NCBI RefSeq assembly: GCF_964194025.1
Contig: NC_134469.1
Coordinates: 64,170,001-64,234,000 of the forward strand
Direction of reading: 5' to 3'
DNA length: 64,000 bases
Source: Convolutriloba macropyga
Lineage: Eukaryota
In this document: positions 12,401-24,401 of the stretch, in pieces
How positions within the stretch are numbered: the stretch's first letter is position 1
Layout of the letters: the number at the start of each line of letters is the position of its first letter
Position numbers and translations under genes: made by a program
The notes under the pieces: generated by a model
Seen by the model: only the letters and a program-made list of their open reading frames with translations
Database searches by the model: none
Told to the model about the DNA's origin: nothing

Positions 12401-14655
12401 ATGGATTATGTGACCACTCATTAATGAAACTAAGTAACAATTAGACAAAAGAGAAAAAAATGCAAAATTTTATACTTGTTTTTTTTTCGAAAAAAATTTT
12501 CCAAAGACATGTAAGCCATTAATTACAAAATGAAAAATTTAAATAGGTTCGTGCATTCTTCAAAAGGAAGCCCTTGAGACCTGAAATTATCCAGAATATG
12601 TCTTACGTCTACAGAAAGAACGTCACATATGACAAAAATCAAAATTTCATTTACTTTGTGAAAAACCCGTGTGGAAACCAGTAAAGTCAAAACGAATTCT
12701 CTTAAAACATTAGATTTTGTGACAACAATAGCTTTTGAGACCTTCTCTTGAAATGCATTATGTAACCACTCATTAATGAAACTTGGTAACAACTAGACAA
12801 AAAAGAAAAAAGGCAAGATTATGTAATACTTGTTTTTATCGAAAAAAATTTATCCCCAATGACATGAAAGCCATTAATTACAAAATGAAAAAATTGAATA
12901 GGTTCGTTTATTTTTCCAACGGAAACCCTCGAGAGCTGCAATTACTCAGTACATGTCTCACGTCTACAAAAAAGAACGTCAAACATGACAAAAGTCAAAA
13001 ATTAATTTAATTTTTGTGAAAAATCTGTCGAAGCCAGTAAAGTCATAACGAATTCTTTAAAAACAATAGATTTTGTGACACTTGTTCTTTTGACACCTTC
13101 CCCTGACACAAATAATGTCATCTTTAACCTTTATTAAACGAGACCAGGTAACAAACAGACAATAAAAGGAACAAAATTGCGAAGTTGAAGTTTTTTTTCA
13201 TTTTGGAAAACAATTGTTTTCAAAGTCATGAAAGCCATCGTCTATCTTCTAATATCAGAACATCGGCTCATCTACTCTTCCATGAAAAGCCAATCAAACC
13301 GGGTCATTGTACGGAAAATTAAATACGACTAAAAGACAAAGTAAAAATGACAAAGACTAAATTAAAAATTTCAATTAATATTGAGAAAGTATTGTCGAAG
13401 TGGTAAAGAACCACAATCTATATCTTTAAGGATTTAAATACTATCAATTGTGCGTTATTTTGAACGCAAGAAATGTGATATATAAACTGCCAATAACGTG
13501 ATAATTTGACAAAACTAGAAAACATGAAGTTTGGGCAAATACCTAAAAATTAAAAAAAAAATGTGAAATTTAGTAGTATCAAAGCCAGAACACCATAACT
13601 TGAGGCGTAAAACCACAATAAAGACTAATTTTAAACCAGCAGAAAGAAGGGGCACTCTTTGATTGCTGACACTAAGCTACAAGTTGACCAAATTAAGGGG
13701 AAAATGAAGGCAAAGTTCAATAAGCCATTTTTTATTTAAAAATCAAATATTTTAAAGTCAAAACGACCATAGCTTTCAAGAAATCGTCTAGAAAAATGAA
13801 TTCGGAGCTAATTAGAAAGAGAATAGGACCTATCACTTGTGAGCTTTGATTTGAAATGTTCTGTTATTAAATTAATATAAAAATGATGTTTATATAAAAA
13901 ACCGACTGATGACAATCCGAATTATTTTTGGATTGTAACGTTCCAAGATTGGTACAAAACTAGTCCTGCTAATGATGATTGTCCATAAGGTTTTTTTAGT
14001 TTTTCGAATGTCATTGATATAGATATTTTTTTAGTTCAAAATTCAAAAATAGATGCTGCGTTTTTGATAAATAACAAATAAAGTTATCAAAAAACGGTAA
14101 AGTTTTAACTACAGAGCACTCTCAACGGAAGTTGAAGAAGACTTAGCCGCCTTTTTAGTCTACAAAAATTGTGTTAGTGGTGTATGGGTGTGCACTTCCT
14201 GCAAATTTAATCAGAGTGGACTAAAGAAACTTATTTCGTGCTGTTCTTGATGAAAGAGTCTGAATTTTGTGAAATTTTTGGCCGGAATTTGTGACAGAAA
14301 AAATTCAATGAAAATAGCCGACAATATATTTTGTCTTTAAACGTAAAATCAACAACGTTTTTTTGAAAAATTTTATTAATTTTTATCAAAATTGGCAAAT
14401 TTTTAGTCAAAAATTTCGAAAAAAGGTGAATGAAATTAACGGAATTCACTCTATTTTCTCGAAAGTTTAAACCTCGATATCTCCCTGTAAAAAACGAAAA
14501 TCAAATCTTTTTAATTCCATATTCTACTCTGGACAAGCTTTCTAATGATACCAGTCTCAACTCTCTACGATGAATATATCGATCGGCCAAAATTGACTGA
14601 ACAAAAAAACCCATTTGAGTATATAGATCCCCCCTCAAGAGAGGGGTCGGAACAA
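9425..14655 (-). mobile_element. 5.2-kb non-autonomous Helentron/DINE-1-like element, family A, with an internal 2.25-kb tandem duplication
   Basis: Subterminal inverted repeats GTTCCGACCC (9461-9470) and GGGTCGGAAC (14644-14653). Palindrome ATGTGCGATCGCACAT (9442-9457) lies just inside a minus-strand ...CCTTGTT end; a short IR CCCC TCAAGAGA GGGG lies at the other end. No coding capacity. Confidence 0.8.
9628..14142. repeat. Near-identical tandem duplication (9628-11878 / 11879-14136)
   Basis: Identical spurious ORF pairs (9985/12255, 10252/12523). GAAGAC occurs at all three junctions (9628, 11879, 14137). Confidence 0.95.
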
Positions 14656-16027
14656 AAATGATATTTTTAAAGCTACGTATCACAGGATTCGACTAGCTCA
14701 GGTTTTAATCAGGGAAAACGATGTGCAAGGATTTCTGTTGTACGTTTTTGCTGGGAAGCTCTCAACAAGCCAGTGTTTGCCCTAGATTTGTAGCTTCGCA
14801 GATTTTGACCAGCGAGGAAATATCAACCTTGTTATCCACGTGGCTAATAAAATAATGCTCTCAGGTTGGTTCAAGTTCTGGAGGTTTGACCCCTTGAAAA
14901 TAAGTTTTTTGCTGGCAACATCCACTCTTTTGACAACTGCTTTTTTGGTAATTTCAGCAGCATTCGATTTTGAGTACAAGCTATTGCTTTGATAAAATTG
15001 AAAAATTGAGTTGACAATATTTAAATTCTTCTGATCTAAATGCAAGAATCTACTTCGCATTCTACTCTGAAAGAGGATAATTCAAAGTCTGACGTTTTTC
15101 TTAGATTTTGAGAAAATTGGAATTATGGAATGTTGAGTACTTGGTGAAGGTCACAAATAGTACATGGAATTTGATTGAAACTCGGATAATTACCTCATCG
15201 AATTCCATACAACCGTAGGGTGTTGCCATTGCAATGTAAACATATACCGGACAAAGTAGATATGGTAATTGTAAACGCAATTGATTTGTGACATTGACCT
15301 TTCAACGCTTAGGATTGTGCAAAAGTAATTAGTCACGCAAAATTTTGGTCAACTAAAGATCAGAAAGGCACTGAAATTGTTCCTGTTGAAATAGTTTGTA
15401 TGTTGAATAACACTGGATATCGGATATCAGATAATTAGGCTCTAATAACTTAGTGTACCCTCAACAGAAAATAAGGAGCTGTTTCTGCAGCAAAATGTTT
15501 GGAAAAATGAAGGATTAGAAACTGATTGAAAACAAAGATGTAATTAAAATGTTATAACAAACGTAATTAAATTTTATACCTTTCATAGCGACACCATATA
15601 ACGATGACTCAGCGTAGATCTTTAAATGTTTTACGCCAGGATTTGAGACTGTCAAATAAAGCGGTTTCATTTTTGGTTAAATTTTGAAGCTTTTCTTTCT
15701 TTGTACTTGACTTTTCTGCTAAATGTTTGTTATGTTATGAATACTAGAAGACACTAACAATGTTTTTGAGAGGACTACTTGATGGAACTGATTGTGACTG
15801 TTTAACATTTTTAGTTCAATAGTAATAATATTAATATTAATTGACAAAATAAATCTGAAATAAAAGTATGATATTATCTTACAGACCTTATTAATCTGGA
15901 TCACGGAGGTGGTATTCTTTAAATTTGAATTTACCACATCTTCGGCAAGGAATAGAGGATTTGGGATTAGCAGGAATACTATTTTAATGATCTTATGTAC
16001 TATTTTCAATTTGTTTTGCTGTTTTAG

Positions 16028-17211
16028 CTGATGTAACCATGGAGCTTGAAAAACTTGTCAGCCAAGTTAGTGAGTTCATCAAATCAAAGCTTGTAGAAGA
16101 AACTTCTCTTAATTACGAGTATGCGTCAAATTTGCGCGTTGAAAGCTTCGATTTTTCCAGAAAGGATAAATCAAAAGACCCAAAGGAAAAGCAGGAAAAA
16201 ATAATTGCGCCAAAGCAGAAGTATGATTTGGTTCTGACATTGATCAATCCCGAGCCAGAGAGATATGACCGGAAGCTGATTAAATGGGAAGTCCAGAGAG
16301 CGGTTTCGAATTACTTAACGCCATATCTGCACAGTCTAAAGGATGTGGCTAGCTTCAACATTGCGTCTCAGATCATTTACCAAGTCAAACTGGGTGCTAA
16401 TCCCAAGGCTGCAACCCACCAAGGAGTTAAAGCATGGGCTTATTCTGAACTTGACATTCCGCATTTGATCACTCCTGTTGAGCGCAAAATTGGTTTTACA
16501 ACTTCGAACACTACCATTATCAATCTTGCAACATATCTGTCGCCTTATGAGAAAAACCCTCTCTACTTCAGTGACAAATCGGGTAGCATGAAGTCATTAG
16601 CGTACTACAAAGGCTGGGGTGCTGTATTTCTGGAGAACGTCAACAAAACTCTCTCCGACCGCAATGAAGAAATAGTACTTAATGCCGACTATCACATTGC
16701 GGCATTTATTCCTGTCATCAACAGTATGATTGGGCTAAAGCGTGTGAACAGTGAAATATTGGGCTCTCAATTTAAACTTGACAAACTAACAGTTACACAA
16801 TTTGAACTTGATAATTTATATCGGAGGAGGATCCTTCACAATCTAGCTACTTCAGTATCGACAATGGACTCTTTGATAACTCTGTGCGATCAAGTCAGAA
16901 ATATGGTAATCCGTGATGAGATCAGACAAAGTGTGGAACTTGCAATGGAGTTGATTGAGGAGTCGCATTCCTTACTTGAACAGGGGAAACATTTACCTCT
17001 AGTGCTTCAGAAATCATCTCTGGCGACTGAATTAGCCGAGAAAGCCTTCTCTGATCCGACCATCTTGGCCATGCTTTATTTCCCAGAGGACCAAAAGTAT
17101 GCAATATACGTACCAATGTTCGTTCCGATGTCGCTTCCTTTGTGGACGTCTCTTGGCATTTTGATTGGTTATATCAAAACTAGAAACAAACAGAAGATTG
17201 AAAATGAGTAA
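16028..17211 (+). CDS. PIGS: PIG-S final coding exon (joined CDS 1740 nt, 579 aa)
   Basis: Acceptor TTTTAG|CT (phase 1). PIG-S motifs LINPEP, SQIIY, GWGAV and AEKAFSDPTILAMLYFPEDQKYAIYVPMFVP followed by a C-terminal TM segment. Confidence 0.95.
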
Positions 17212-17518
17212 TTTTGTTAAAACCTAGCGCATTGCTAGCTAGCTATTACGTGCATTTACGATTTACGTACAGATGATTCTTAGCTCATTACGAGTAAACT
17301 TTGATTTAAAACTGATTGCAGTCGTGAATTAGTAACTCTTTGCTACTTAATTGAAACAGAAACATGTTTAATGTTTTTGGTTCCTTAACAAAATCCAACC
17401 CCCCTCAGCCCACCCAGAGTCGATAAACTTGAATGACTTAACTACTTCTTAAAGACTGATGAGATAAAGGGAAATTGCAGTTATCTAAAGTTCATCGAAA
17501 ATATTAGTTGCATGTTAT

Positions 17519-17526
17519 CCTCTTTC
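17519..17526 (+). promoter_or_regulatory. Candidate TCT (polypyrimidine) initiator of RPL22
   Basis: CCTCTTTC matches YC(+1)TYTYY, about 240 bp upstream of the RPL22 ATG, and is followed by a donor-like AAG|GTAAAG. The motif is short and could be chance. Confidence 0.3.
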
Positions 17527-17760
17527 AATGGGTGAAAGGTAAAGGTTGCTCATCATTTTGATAATTTGTAAGGTACCGAACTGATGCTTTGTTTTTTCTT
17601 GTCTACGGCTCAATTTAATTGTTCGATCTCTGCAGTCACTGTTACCACTATGGAACCTTCAATTAATACTGTCATTTCTCCAATTAATACTGTCTCTCAG
17701 AAGCCTCTGATGTAAAAGGACTTTTTTAGAGTTTTTTGATAACTCAACTTGTCACTAAAG

Positions 17761-17889
17761 ATGCCTCTTGCCAAGAAAGAGAAGAAAGTGAAGGGAGTCA
17801 CAAAGTTCAAGATTGATCTCACCAACCCCATCGACGATGGTATCATTGACATCAAGAAATTCGAGGCATTCCTCAAGGACAAGATCAAG
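17761..17889 (+). CDS. RPL22: 60S ribosomal protein L22 (eL22), coding exon 1
   Basis: MPLAKKEKK...KFKIDLTNPIDDGIIDIKKFEAFLKDKIK; donor AAG|GTGAGC, phase 0. Confidence 0.93.
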
Positions 17890-18338
17890 GTGAGCACTCA
17901 GTTGCGATTTTTATACTTTGATATGCAGGGGAGTGGGGAGTGAAGTAACTTTGTATAATTTTTTTTTCGCTACCTAGATCCAAAAGCAATACATTACGTT
18001 TTAAAGTACTAAATGTCTGTCAAAGTAACTCACTGTTTATCCCGAGTATATTTTTGATTATGAAAAAAGACTTGTTCAATTGGTTGAGACCGCCAGATCA
18101 ATATTAGTCAAAGTATTAATGCCAGCAGTACGTTAATATTCATCGCTTAATATTGCAGAGTTACGTTAGAAATGTCACTAATTTTTTTAACGATGACTTA
18201 TTAGGTCTATTATCATCGGCCAGCTCTACTTAGAAAAATATTAGTTGCCAGTATCAACAATTTTTTTTGTCTTCAAATTTTCACTTCTGTTTTTGTGTTT
18301 TGCAATATTTTCCTTGTGACAGTGAATGCGTTTTGCAG

Positions 18339-18578
18339 GTTGAGGGCAAAGTAGGAAACCTAGGCAACAGAATCCTGGTGACAAGTGACAAGAAAGTTGT
18401 GACAGTTACTGCGAATATTGACTTCAGCAAGAGATACCTCAAGTACTTGACCAAGAAGTTTCTCAAGAAGAGTGACTTGAGAGACTGGCTGAGAGTTGTG
18501 GCCACAGAGAAAGACTCATACACACTCAGATACTTCGATATCAACAACGACGAGAATGATGAAGACGATGACGAGTAG
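18339..18578 (+). CDS. RPL22: 60S ribosomal protein L22, coding exon 2 (total 122 aa)
   Basis: Acceptor TTTTGCAG|; VEGKVGNLG...[27 protein letters not shown]...YTLRYFDI followed by the acidic tail. Confidence 0.97.
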   Translation, partial: VEGKVGNLGNRILVTSDKKVVTVTANIDFSKRYLKYLTKKFLKKSDLRDWLRVVATEKDSYTLRYFDINNDENDEDDDE

Positions 18579-18973
18579 TGCTCAATCAACCTATTTGGTC
18601 TGGGTTTTGTCCAACTCTAATGTTGTTGCTCACTCAAAAATATCGGAAATTTGTTTGAATTCTTTTCAATTAATTTAAACGTTCCGAACTCCTGTTTTTG
18701 TTTACGCTGTCCATGAAAATGTTGTTGACAAAAATGTGTCAATTTTTAGTGCACATGGTTTAAAAAATGAGGCTTTATCTTTGCGAGTAGCTGCCATTTG
18801 ACGTATGCTCAGGCCCTTAAAAATATGATTGCGAAATAATGAAAGGAACTAATGAAACTTGAAAGTTTTCGCTTGACCAATTTTTTCATTATTCCTTTTA
18901 AAGTTGTGCATTGTTGTTGCTGACTGCTTTTCCACTCGTTGATCCTTTTCTTTTGCTTGGAAATGTGCTTTTT

Positions 18974-19229
18974 AATTGCTCTCAAACGAAGTTTTTAGCA
19001 ATTATATTAGTCCTGACGGTTTTTTAATGCAATTTTTCGCTTGACCAATTTTTTGTCTGACGCATTTGACTTTTCGTCTTCAAAAACGGGATAAAACGGT
19101 AGCGCCCAGCGGGCATTAAGCGCTCTTAGAACCTTTCAGCTCACTAGTCTTCAAGTATGCGATTCACAGAATCTCTTTGGAGACTTATGGTGCGAAGGGT
19201 GGTTCTTAGAGATTGACCCCCCCCCCCCC
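18974..19229 (+). mobile_element. Dispersed repeat family E (Helentron-like 5' end; other copies 7757-7980, 8748-9030, 34811-34980, and 38100-38239 on the minus strand)
   Basis: Starts AATTGCTCTCAAACGAAGTTTTTAGCAATT, the same end type as family D, then a shared ~250-bp body ending in a C run. No matching 3' end was seen. Confidence 0.6.
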
Positions 19230-22200
19230 ATGCATTTGAACTGAGTCAGCTCGGCTCACCTCACTCAGAAACGTGACTTTTACACTAGCAAATTTTTGTT
19301 CCTCTGAGGACCCAAGATGAGTACTATTTAACAACCCCTATACTTAACACACCCCCCCCCCCCCCCGCCATCATTACTCCTATTTTTTGTCTTAATTGTT
19401 CTTGAATGAAGTTTGAAATTAGAGTAAACGTTTGTCTTTTTTCCTTCAAAATTTTTCCTTATATTGTAATAGCCTCTCAAGTATTGGGGTGCTGTCTTTT
19501 TAACGACTCGAAGAGTAGTAATGGCTATCCATTTTTAACGACTCGAAGAAGAGTATTGGCGGAGAGTCTATTTTGGCTGGTAATTTTTCGGAGTGTATTC
19601 AAAACGGGATATAAAAGTCAATGCCGCAAGTGAAAAATAAGTGTTTAGGTCAAACTGGTCAACGAATTGAAGAGCATAGAGAGAAAAGAGAGGTTTTTCA
19701 GTTCATACTGCGTTTTTGAGAGATGGCGAGAAAGGTCGGCCTGAATAATTTTAGTTAAATGAGTGAAATATTTTGATACATGCGTTCATTAGTTTTTCAG
19801 TTTTTTTCTTAGTTTTCGCATACTCTTTCGGGAAAAGTGGTTGTTCTAAACCATATTAACAAGTAATTATTTGTTTGGATGCATTTTGACAATCTCAATC
19901 ATATATAAGGTTATATGCAATCTTGGGCTATTTTTGTGATCTGGCCGTTTTGGACACTTTTAAACGGTTTTTGTACTATTTCAAGTTTTTAGAATCCTGG
20001 TTCAGTTTTGTGTTGAAATTAGTATTCTTTTGCGTTTTTTGCCAATTCTTTGCTTAATTTTTCTGTTTTTGAATTTTTTTTTACTAATTACTGTTGTTGC
20101 CTTTCAGAGAAATTTAATTAGTGTTTATGGTAGTTTTATTGTTACGAAGTGAAAAGAATTCAAGGTTTGATAGCACATATGTTTATAAACTTAAAAAATT
20201 ATTCACTTTTTGTAGATTTTCACTCTTGTTTTTAGTGTTTTCAAGGGGTTGCTCAACAAATAAGCAGGAACTGCTTCTTAATGTATGCTGAAAATATCTA
20301 TTGAGACTCTAAAATGTTTAGAGAATATTGTCAAAAAAATTATAAGGTTTCTTTGATTTTTTCGCTAGGTTTTTCTCTTTCGAGATGTATTGCTTGTTAT
20401 GTTTAGTAGCCGCACAGCGATAGCTGGGGCTATTATTGGCTTTCTCTTGGTTTTTTTTTATTTCGTCCTCACGATTTTTGTTACGACCATATGACGTCAC
20501 AACCACTTCAAATCTGTTTTTTGTTCATTCGTTCATGCAATTTCAACTGAAATGCGTGTGCGACGTCATTTTTCGCTCTTAGTGGAGCGAGTTTTTTGTT
20601 GATTCGCGTGATTAAATTTTTGGTCACACTTGACTTACCTCAATCTCACAAATGACTTCCTCACTTTGAAATTGACTTTTATTTACTTTATTTCAAAGAG
20701 ATAAGGTCAAATGGGTGTGTGTCACTCTAAACGAGGGTTATTTGAGAGCAGCTAATAGAGGCAGCAAAAAAGTATACAGATTTTTAATCAAAATATAACA
20801 TATCAGCCTTAATTTTTTTTGGTCTGTTTTTTACTGATTTTTTGAGACTGCAGATCTACGAAGCTATTGCGGCTATTTTCTGGCAATCTGCCAGCTATGT
20901 TTTAATATCCTCCCTCATCTTCTCAGCGCGCTATTATAGCGGAACAGTTTTTTTATTTCGTCAACTAAAGAGTTATTTCGCTTTATTTCTGATCACAGCT
21001 CGTTCATGATTGTGTGCTATTTCCTCCTTCTATTCTGTTGAAAGAGCTTTTAAGTGACAGTTGATCAGAAAACAATCTATAATCAACAGAGTCAGTTTCG
21101 AAAAACGAAATCAAAAAGAAAAGGGAAACCCTTAAGAGCTTATCTTTAATGCCCCTTTCTTCAATTTTGTTCTTATAAATCTTCTCATTTCTAATGCTTA
21201 TTTCTATTGTTACTAGCCTCTGTCGCCTCTACAATGTTTTTGTATAAATATGGTTTTCTTATTTTTTCCTTACAAACCCTACTAGATTTATAGGAATCCC
21301 TGGCAGCTTGTTTCCAGCATTCTGCCGAAAATGCATTCTAACATATGCAGTTTCATTGAACAGAAATTGAGTAAATATATAAAATGTGTCCTTTTCCTTT
21401 CTAATTCGTTTCCTCTTCTTTTCAAATTGAGTGGGGTTATGGAATAATTTGATTTCATAGGTTAGTTGATAGTTGGATAGGGCCTAAGTTACGTTTTTCT
21501 TCGGATCGACTCCGGAGCCTTCCGCCTATTTTTAATCGGTGACTTCTATTTTTTGAGGATGTGATTTAGAAGTCAAAAGCTGCGCGTGAAAAGTGTTTAT
21601 TTCGGGCGAAAAAGTCAAGCACACCAATAATTTAGAATGGTGTCTGTTCAAGCATCATACTGAGACAGCGCAAAAATTAGGTGTGAAAAAAACTTACGTC
21701 AACCGAGCGATTATTTTTGATCAAGTACTTTTTTCAAAGTAGTTTTTTAGATGTAACTTTTTCAACCAAATGTGTTTGTCTCAATAATGTAAGCTAGAAA
21801 TAGTACGTTTGGGGTCATTTTGGAGCTTTTGAAGAAATTGTTAGTTTTTAAGACGCAATTTGGAGCTATGTTTGCAATTTTTCCCTTTGAACGGTTTATT
21901 AGTTGTTTTTTCAACTTATTTTTTGTTGTATACGTGGTGTTTTTTTGGATTGAACTTTATTGATCCTTTTTAGATTTAATTTTTAAACTGTTATTTTATT
22001 TGTATAGGTTGTCTTGTGATTCGATAGATTTTTCAAAAAATTCTTGTTGAAGCAAATGGATAATTTAAATCAAATTTTGTCCAATTTCTGTCTAGTTTGT
22101 GTTTTGCCTAATTAAGTGTTTTGCCTAATCTTTCTGATTTTGTTTTCGCAATAGCTTTTCTTGTTCACTATTTAATGTAGAGCTATTATATAGGTGTTAT

Positions 22201-23199
22201 GGTGTATTGTTACTAAGAGCGGGCAGTTCAAGTTTGTAGATTGCCGTTTTTACTAAAGTAAATTGTTTTTGTAATGTCAATTGGGTTTTTCGTTGTTTAC
22301 CTTTTTGATTTTGAATTAGCGTTTTTTTGGACTAGCAGAGGGTTATTCACGGCTCTCCTGTTTTCTCTGTATGTAACGCCGTGTCTGTTGTTTTTATCAG
22401 ATGGTAGTCATTTTTTTAATGATGGCTATCTGTATTGTAAGCTGTTTTGCAAATATTTTTTAGGAGGCGACACTGGAGAACACTGGAGATTTTTTCCAGA
22501 TATCAATTTTGGCTTCACTCATGTTTTTAGTTTTCCTTAGTTAATGTTTCGAAATGATTAGAGAGTTTTTAATAGGCTCAGCTCATTTCAGTCAGTGAAG
22601 GAAAATCTAAGTTCCTAGCTAATGTCCGCTTTTATTTGAATCCGGAGTTTTCCCGCTATTTTTTTTCAAGATCTGTTCACATATTTTCATGATTTTTGAA
22701 GTCAAATTGAAGTGATTATTTTGGACACGACGAAAGGGAAGTGGAGTGAAACAGCGAAGGTTTTTCCGGCGCGTATTTTGCGCTCTACTTTTAAAGTGGA
22801 ATGAGAAAAAAATGTTTGAACAACAAGTTAGTTTCTCGGGTACTTTTTCTTCACATGCTGCATTTTGATATTGATTTTTACTATTTTTTTTAAAAAAAGT
22901 CAATACGGCCAATGTAAAAGGAGTACAAATTCAGAAGAAAAGGGATGAACCAATTAAACATGGTCATGAAGTCATTGCATTAGGTTATCAAAATTCATTA
23001 GAGCGATTCCTAGCTGACACTACTGTTAAACTTAATAGATCTTAATATAGAAGCGGAGTTAAGTATAGTTTCAGAGTCTAACTGAAACTACACGCCAAGT
23101 TCGAACACTTTTTGACACTTCGAAGTAAATTTGGTCAACCGGCTTTTTCTCTTTTTTCTGTTTGAATCCTCAATGTGCATAAACGGCCGGTATTTTGTT

Positions 23200-23525
23200 G
23201 GCTTTTGTTCTGGAACATTCTTTTTCTTTGAACTCCTTTTTGAAATTTTTACGCTTGAGTTCTTCATTTTTGAGTGATCTAAGTAGCTCTCTTTCTGAAA
23301 TAAAATTTTTTGCTGGTACGAAAGCGATTGTGAGCGAAAAGGAGTCAACCCCACTTAGCTTAGTGGTTAGGAGGAACTGTCATTCTGAAGGTCCAGGTAT
23401 GGCGTACTCCTCTCGGTTTTGCGTTTGTTTGCACCCATGAAAAATTCCTAAGCTACACCTCTAAATTAAATTGCCCCCGCCTGTCGTTCGGGAGCAATCC
23501 ATCCGACGTTTGTCTTTGATGTTTT
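23200..23525 (+). mobile_element. 5'-truncated family D element with a decayed tRNA-like cassette (~23352-23425)
   Basis: Colinear with 35560-35865; A box TAGCTTAGTGG; 3' end GTTCGGGAGCAAT...CCGACGTTTGTC. Confidence 0.65.
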
Positions 23526-24401
23526 TTTTCGAATTATCTGATGATCAATTGCTTAATCTGTTTATCAGTAAAACCTTTTCGGTTTCATTTAAAGTTTTAT
23601 TCAGTTTCGCCTCCACCTCCTAGTATTGTAAGCTTTATTTTTTATAAACCTCAAAAGGAAATAATATATGAGATCAGTTTGTGTCATAAGCTTAAGGTTT
23701 GACTCAGTTGTTGGGAGTATCGATCACCAACTTCTGGCATAAGTCGTTTTGAGAGTTTCATTGGACATCAATATCACCGACTGCCCATCCTTAGACTGCT
23801 TAGTACAAATATTTTTTCTTGTTTTGGGATGATATTTGGCACTTTTGAGAAAGTATTTTGTTGTCATTTTTAAAATTGCAGTCTGCGTTTTGACTCATTT
23901 AATACATTTGCCATTAAAAGAGCCATAAGAGACTTTAAATTAATTTACCACTTCACTTCATGTATAAAATATTATTTGTAGAGAATTTGGTTGGCTATCT
24001 TATCACTATCGTGAAACTTCGAGATGTTGATAATTTGCGACAAAAATTTTGAATGAGAGATATCATAACCTAGTGCAGCTATTCATTATTCTGTATATTG
24101 TTTAGGTTGTTTAAAACAAAATGAACCACTTTACCCTTGATTGCTGGTTTTTATTAGGATCAACCGGGTAGTTGCCTCAAGGACTAGGTATTGATTATTT
24201 TAAACCCATCGAGCGCTCTAGACGCAGTCCTTTTATCTTGCATTTTATTTCTTGCTTGTGGAATGTACCTTGACGCTGACAGTTAAAAATAATCGAGATT
24301 TTATTTTTCGTGGAATTTTTGTATTGAAATGTAGGCTTTCAGAAAAGATGTTCGAAAACTCTTATTTTGGCATGCTAAAAGATCAATTCAGGTGAAATTT
24401 T

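Noticed and set aside
9985-13010. Duplicated small genes (identical 61-aa and 89-aa ORFs)
   Set aside because: They are by-products of the tandem duplication inside a non-coding element; non-ATG starts and no domains.
17890-18338. Intronic snoRNA in RPL22
   Set aside because: Only a partial C-box-like CGATGA; no paired D box with a terminal stem and no H/ACA structure was evident.
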